DNA of 63,947 bases, counting the filler, from Nitrospinae bacterium RIFCSPLOWO2_12_FULL_45_22 (GTDB taxonomy: Bacteria > 2-12-FULL-45-22), in assembly GCA_001803565.1 (NCBI GenBank). It is 6 parts of 6 records of this genome, joined end to end, with 100 filler letters (N's around TTAATTAATTAA, not from the genome) between each part and the next. Parts side by side here need not be neighbours in the genome. Positions count along the whole stretch, not along the records: positions 59,062 to 63,947 come from MHDQ01000281.1; 5 more parts are not named here. One strand, 5' to 3'. Below, piece after piece: positions 59,353 through 63,947 of the stretch; positions within the stretch are counted from its first letter, which is position 1, and each line of letters starts with the position of its first letter. Below the pieces are notes generated by a model. It saw nothing but the letters and a program-made list of their open reading frames with translations. It was not told the origin of the DNA and made no database searches. The position numbers and the translations under genes are program-made.

Positions 59353-59424
59353 GCCTAACAAATCAATCCAGCGGATTTTGCCTCCGCTGCGCTTCGGCAA
59401 AACCGCTGATTTTTGTCGTTATGC
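59353..59424 (+). mobile_element. Integron attC-like recombination site
   Basis: GCCTAAC (RYYYAAC) - AATCCAGCGG - central hairpin - CCGCTGATT - GTTATGC (GTT core). Confidence 0.75.
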
Positions 59425-59471
59425 CTATTAATAATCTTGAATACAACCAAATAAAATCTTAAGGAGTTCAA

Positions 59472-59651
59472 ATGATGTCACGATTCTTTATGAAAGTATA
59501 TTATGTTTTGAGCGTTCCCCTAGCCATTCTGTTCATTCTAAATTCGAAACAGATCCACAAAGCTCACAATCTAAATTTTATAAAAAAACTGAGTCTTGGT
59601 CTTAGAATGTTCCTTAATACCATTCGTATTCAAACCGCGACATCATACAAG
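59472..59651 (+). pseudogene. Truncated gene-cassette ORF (N-terminus only)
   Basis: AAGGAG RBS after attC; AT-rich coding sequence switches abruptly to antisense of the neighbouring gene at that gene's stop codon. Confidence 0.5.
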
Positions 59652-60608
59652 TTAGTCGAGACTGATCTTTTTAGGGAGGCCATTCTGCTCATCCAGGGCC
59701 TTGAGTACGCGGTCTAAATCCACCCGGCTTAAGAGGCCCCGCTGCTTTAATAAATTTATAGCCGTTTGAAAGGGATTTTTTATCCTGCCATAAATATCTG
59801 GATGTACCTCGATATAGACCTCTGTACCTTTGGTACCCACCTTTATTGGCTGATAAGTAATATCTACCGGTGTCCCCGCAGGAACGATATAATATAACTT
59901 CTCAATGTCTTCGGGATACAGGCGGATACAGCCATGGGTAAATTTCCGTCCTACTGCCCAAGGCCAGTCTGTACCATGAATACCATAACTGGGTAAAGAG
60001 AGAAGGAGCCGGTATTTGCCCAGGGGATTATCCGGTCCGGGAGGGACAATACGCTTCGGATACCTACCTTCTTTCCAGATAGAGGCCGGGATATACCAGG
60101 TAGGATTTTTTTCTTTTCCTACTACTTTGTAGCGCCCCGTCGGGGTCTGCCAGTCATCTTCTCCCAGCCCAATAGAAAAACTCTTTACTATCCGGGCAAA
60201 ACCCCGGTCTGTCCTGCTATTAAAAAAATAATAGAGCCGTAGCTCGGGTATATTAATCACAATACCCTGGTAGCTACTGATAGGTAAGACCCACTGGGTG
60301 GGGAGCAATACTTTATGCCCTACTGGTGGTACCCAGGGATCAACCCCTGGGTTGACGGCCTTTACTTCTTCTACCCCGAAGCTGTATGCCCGGGCAATAT
60401 CTAAGAGGGTATCTCCTTTTTCCACTATATATTCCTGGGGTATGCCAATGATATTTTCCAAAGAGCCTTGACCATCCCTTGATGCCTGGAAGCTGTATGC
60501 ACCAGTAAAACCCAGGGTACTGCAATTCGTAGAAACACCCCACCAGACAAGAGGAACAAGGCTCAAGGACAAAGCCAACTTTCTGAAGAAGAGGATTTTG
60601 TTTGGCAT
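59652..60608 (-). CDS. LysM + L,D-transpeptidase (ErfK/YnhG-like)
   Basis: Y.V.KGDTL.DIAR, ELRLYYF, GPDNPLG, YGIHGT, THGCIRL. Confidence 0.92.
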   Translation of the reverse strand: MPNKILFFRKLALSLSLVPLVWWGVSTNCSTLGFTGAYSFQASRDGQGSLENIIGIPQEYIVEKGDTLLDIARAYSFGVEEVKAVNPGVDPWVPPVGHKVLLPTQWVLPISSYQGIVINIPELRLYYFFNSRTDRGFARIVKSFSIGLGEDDWQTPTGRYKVVGKEKNPTWYIPASIWKEGRYPKRIVPPGPDNPLGKYRLLLSLPSYGIHGTDWPWAVGRKFTHGCIRLYPEDIEKLYYIVPAGTPVDITYQPIKVGTKGTEVYIEVHPDIYGRIKNPFQTAINLLKQRGLLSRVDLDRVLKALDEQNGLPKKISLD

Positions 60609-60898
60609 CTCTTCCTGGTCTCCTTTCCTAAAAATTATATTCTGAAAGAAAATAGCCACACCCAAATTATTATTTAATTAGGTATTAACTATATAATCAG
60701 TATAGCACTCAAGATAATTTTTACCAGGTAAAAATTTAAATCCCCTCCTGAGTTAGGGGTCAGGTAACAGTTTACAGAGGTCAGGGATCAGTTGCCAGGC
60801 AAGATTTTCCTCAAAACCCTCCACGGGCTATCAAACCTTTGCGCAATCCCCAAATAGCGATAACTATTCAAAACCTGTTCCTGGCCAGGTTCGGGAAT

Positions 60899-61543
60899 TT
60901 AAAGCCTTTTCCTGGACCCTGATAACCGATCCCCGTGAACTATTACGGGGTTAGTTATCTTCTCCCAGGACATATAGTAGACAGCCTGCCCTAGCCTGAG
61001 GCATTCCTGTTCATACTTGGTAGGATTATGGTCAGGAAAATATTGGTTAAGATAATAGAATCCCCCATGTTCCCTAAAAAGCCTCTCTATCTCTCCAGCG
61101 TATTCCTGATAGTCAGTAGCGATAAAGATCCTCCCCCGATCCTTAAGTAAGCTATAGACAGTAGCTATAAACGAGGGATTAATTAGCCGCCTCTTGTGAT
61201 GACGTCGTTTAGGCCAGGGGTCAGGAAAATTGATATATATCGCGCTAAGCTCCCCGGCGGTGAAGAGTTTGGGCAAGGCCGCCAGGGCCTCCTGACGGAT
61301 TAAGCGGACATTTTGCCGCCCCGCCCTCTCGATCCGTTTCCTGGCCTTCTTGATCCCCTTCTTATAAATTTCCAGTCCGACAAAGTTTGTCTCTGGCTCT
61401 CGCTGGGCCATCTCTACCAGAAAGGCCCCATTACCAAACCCGATCTCTACCTCGATTGAGGCCGCCCTGTGGAATATCTGTCCCCAATCAACCCTTGTCC
61501 AGACTATTAATGCATCCAGCTCAATATTAGTAGGCGCTAACAC
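60899..61543 (-). CDS. trmB: tRNA (guanine-N7)-methyltransferase
   Basis: EIGFGNG, NFPDPWPK.RH.KRRL, ATD...Y, TKYE. Confidence 0.94.
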   Translation of the reverse strand: MLAPTNIELDALIVWTRVDWGQIFHRAASIEVEIGFGNGAFLVEMAQREPETNFVGLEIYKKGIKKARKRIERAGRQNVRLIRQEALAALPKLFTAGELSAIYINFPDPWPKRRHHKRRLINPSFIATVYSLLKDRGRIFIATDYQEYAGEIERLFREHGGFYYLNQYFPDHNPTKYEQECLRLGQAVYYMSWEKITNPVIVHGDRLSGSRKRL

Positions 61544-63225
61544 TCCAGCAGTTCCAGTTTCTTGAGCCCTATCTTAAATGGTATATAGACCACAAGGAGG
61601 TTAATGGCCAGGGCAGAAGCCAATAAAAGACCTATTTCTATCCAACTTAATAAGTCCAGAGGCAGATTACGGAATTTGGCATAAAATATATTATAGACCG
61701 GTCTAGCCTCTAAAGCTACAATCAGGGTAATATAAGCCGAAGAGATAACCATATAGAGCACTCCACCGAAGCTGGTGGCTATCTGGGCAGGATTATCGGC
61801 CTTAAACTTCGGATACATGACCCCCAAACCTATCCCTAACGAGCTTATACCCAGCGTCATAAGGAGTATAGTGATAGAAGATAGGAGCATCATAAACGGG
61901 GTCGCCCGCAGCAAGTAGTTAGAGGCCAGTACCAGGATTTCTGCCAGCATTAGTAAAGGGAATAGGCTGGTTAGATATTTGCCCATTAAAAATTGCCGGG
62001 CTGATATAGGAGCGGTCTTAATCAGCCAAAATCCTTCACCCTCCAGGCTAACGGCGGGAAAGACAAAACGGGCCGCCACCGCGGAGATCACAAACCCGGC
62101 CAGGCCCAGGTTGAGAAAAGCTATGAGATTCTCTAGATAAAAAGTGGGGAATTTTACTTTATCTAAAGGCAGGGCCCAAATATTATAGAGATAGACCAGG
62201 ATCAGGGCTAATAATAATACGATTTGGGACCACTGGGTGGTATCGCGAAAAAAGGCCTTCAGGTCTTTCAGGATAATGGCCCGGAGGGGCTGTGGGAACC
62301 AGGCCGTCAGATAATAAAAGATTAAAGAGGCGAGAGAAGTCCTGGTCAGGCGGATGTTACGGGCCTCCTGGGCCTTAGAAAAGGCCGTGGAATACATCAC
62401 CGAGGCTAAGCCATACCCCAATATGATAAAGGCCTGGGCAGTGCTCAACAATAATAAGACAAAGAACAGACTATCCCCCGGTCCCTTCACTAACACCGGT
62501 AAAAGGGCCTCTTCTACCCAATAACTGGGCAGGAAAGGAGAGGTAGGGCTCTTGATCTGTTGGATATAGAGGGTTACAGAGGCAAAGGCATCGGGATTGA
62601 CCAGCTTCTCTGGTTGTAAGAGGCGGAAGAGGACATAAAGGGAGGCTATAAGGATTAGGGAAAGAAGGAAGAGGATATCTTTAATACGCCGTACCGGAAA
62701 TAGTGTCACCAGGACCATTGATACAACTGTGCCCAGTACAGTACAGATCAGGGCAAAGGCCACCAACGCTATTATTAAGATGAGGTAATAAGACCAGGAA
62801 GCCTCATATACTACACCATAAGCCAAAAAGACCGGCAGGCCAAAGACCAAAAGCATCCAGGAAGCAGTAATAAAAGTCTCTAAAAGCCTGGCCAGGTAAA
62901 GGTTAAAAAGAGAGAAAGGCAGATAGCTCAGTAAGGATAAATCCTCGGCCATAAAAAAAGTGGTTAAAGAAGAGATAATATTACTGAAAGTCAGGATAGA
63001 AAAGAAAGTCAGTAAAATCATAGAGAGGAGTTTTGCCGCTAAGATATCCCCTACCAGTTCTGTACTGCGGAAATAGTTAAGCGCCCGGCAGAAGATGAAG
63101 AAGGTAGCTAGCCAAAAGCCGCTGATAAAAAACCCCAGGATAAGCCCCTTGACCTTTTGGCCCCCGCCAGTTTTTTTAAAGGAATTCTTTAAAGATAGTA
63201 GCTTAGGTCTCAGAATTAATGGCAT
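61537..63225 (-). CDS. Putative ABC-2 type transporter permease
   Basis: Many TMs; KD...FFRD..QWSQ, RFVFP.VSLEG; follows an ABC ATPase. Confidence 0.8.
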   Translation of the reverse strand: MPLILRPKLLSLKNSFKKTGGGQKVKGLILGFFISGFWLATFFIFCRALNYFRSTELVGDILAAKLLSMILLTFFSILTFSNIISSLTTFFMAEDLSLLSYLPFSLFNLYLARLLETFITASWMLLVFGLPVFLAYGVVYEASWSYYLILIIALVAFALICTVLGTVVSMVLVTLFPVRRIKDILFLLSLILIASLYVLFRLLQPEKLVNPDAFASVTLYIQQIKSPTSPFLPSYWVEEALLPVLVKGPGDSLFFVLLLLSTAQAFIILGYGLASVMYSTAFSKAQEARNIRLTRTSLASLIFYYLTAWFPQPLRAIILKDLKAFFRDTTQWSQIVLLLALILVYLYNIWALPLDKVKFPTFYLENLIAFLNLGLAGFVISAVAARFVFPAVSLEGEGFWLIKTAPISARQFLMGKYLTSLFPLLMLAEILVLASNYLLRATPFMMLLSSITILLMTLGISSLGIGLGVMYPKFKADNPAQIATSFGGVLYMVISSAYITLIVALEARPVYNIFYAKFRNLPLDLLSWIEIGLLLASALAINLLVVYIPFKIGLKKLELLEC

Positions 63226-63947
63226 TTTTGTCCTTTTCAGTCCCTGGGCTCTGGGTGGTAAGTTTAAGGAAGATAGCCTCTAGCTGACTATCCTGGCTGG
63301 TGGCCATTTCCCGCAGTTCCTGCATAGTTCCCAGGGCCACCAGCGCCCCTTTATGGATTATAGCTATGCGGTGGCAGAGTTCCTGGGCTAGATAGAGGGT
63401 GTGGGTAGACATAAAGATAGCCATACCCTGCTGGGCTTGTTGCTGGAGGAGGTTTTTTATCAGTTGCGCCCCTTTGGGGTCCAGGCCTACCATCGGCTCA
63501 TCTATAATCAGGAGCTGGGGCTGATGGAGCAAAGCGGCAGCTATGACCAGCCGCTGCTTCATACCATGGGAATAACTTTCTATTAATTCATCGGCAAAAT
63601 GAGTCAGTTCAAAGAGTTCTAAAAGCTCCTCAATCCTCCCCTCTCCTTCGCTATCCCTTATCCCATAGGCAGCACAGATAAAGGTAAGGAATTCTTTTCC
63701 GGTAAGTTTCTGATAGAGGAAGGGTCGCTCGGGTATATAACCCAGCAGTCTCTTGGCCCCAACCGGGTCTACGGATAAATCTATACCGTTGACATATATG
63801 TTGCCTGAACTGGGCCGCCAGAGCCCCGCGATCATCTTCAGTGTAGTAGTCTTACCCGCTCCATTGGGTCCTAAGAAGCCAAATATCTCGCCGGGGTTCA
63901 CCTCCAGCGAGATATTATCAACCGCAACAAATTTACCAAACCTCTTA
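63203..63947 (-). CDS. ABC transporter ATP-binding protein (5' partial)
   Basis: GPNGAGKTT, YSHGMKQR, IIDEP, STH. Confidence 0.93.
   Translation of the reverse strand, partial: KRFGKFVAVDNISLEVNPGEIFGFLGPNGAGKTTTLKMIAGLWRPSSGNIYVNGIDLSVDPVGAKRLLGYIPERPFLYQKLTGKEFLTFICAAYGIRDSEGEGRIEELLELFELTHFADELIESYSHGMKQRLVIAAALLHQPQLLIIDEPMVGLDPKGAQLIKNLLQQQAQQGMAIFMSTHTLYLAQELCHRIAIIHKGALVALGTMQELREMATSQDSQLEAIFLKLTTQSPGTEKDKNAINSET

Noticed and set aside
60609-60665. MGVAIFF N-terminal extension of the L,D-transpeptidase
   Set aside because: Derived from a GGGTGTGGCTATT repeat end; ATG 60608 is the more plausible start
1-63947. CRISPR arrays, tRNA, rRNA, transposase or integrase genes
   Set aside because: No regularly spaced direct repeats, recognisable RNA genes or transposase/integrase motifs seen by eye

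Overview
A draft or metagenome-assembled bacterial genome window made of at least six contigs joined by N-TTAATTAATTAA-N linkers, plus two plain N gaps, so adjacency across linkers is unreliable. lptD and a FadL-like porin indicate a diderm; Fe-S dehydratases and FrdCAB suggest an anaerobe. Most genes are housekeeping: hexosamine genes, cstA, hppA, gatCA, moaC, frdCAB, rarA, rml genes, lptD, folC, accD, pssA/psd, ilvDBNC, tsaB, purB, ald, trmB. Four things stand out. (1) A 2-hydroxyacyl-CoA dehydratase subunit has an in-frame TGA exactly at its first predicted Fe-S ligand (candidate selenoprotein), in a cluster with DUF1329/DUF1302-like genes. (2) An AT-rich three-gene islet encodes a DUF4258-like toxin, an MqsA-like antitoxin with a long extra C-terminal domain, and an ATPase-less Lon-protease-domain protein, behind a sigma70 promoter with twin palindromic operators (candidate protease-gated toxin-antitoxin/defence system). 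(3) Many intergenic spacers hold nested non-autonomous repeats (MITEs with target-site duplications, REP-like units, heptamer palindromes), some inside CDSs. (4) There are integron attC remnants and several truncated gene junctions. All family assignments come from motif recognition, not database searches.
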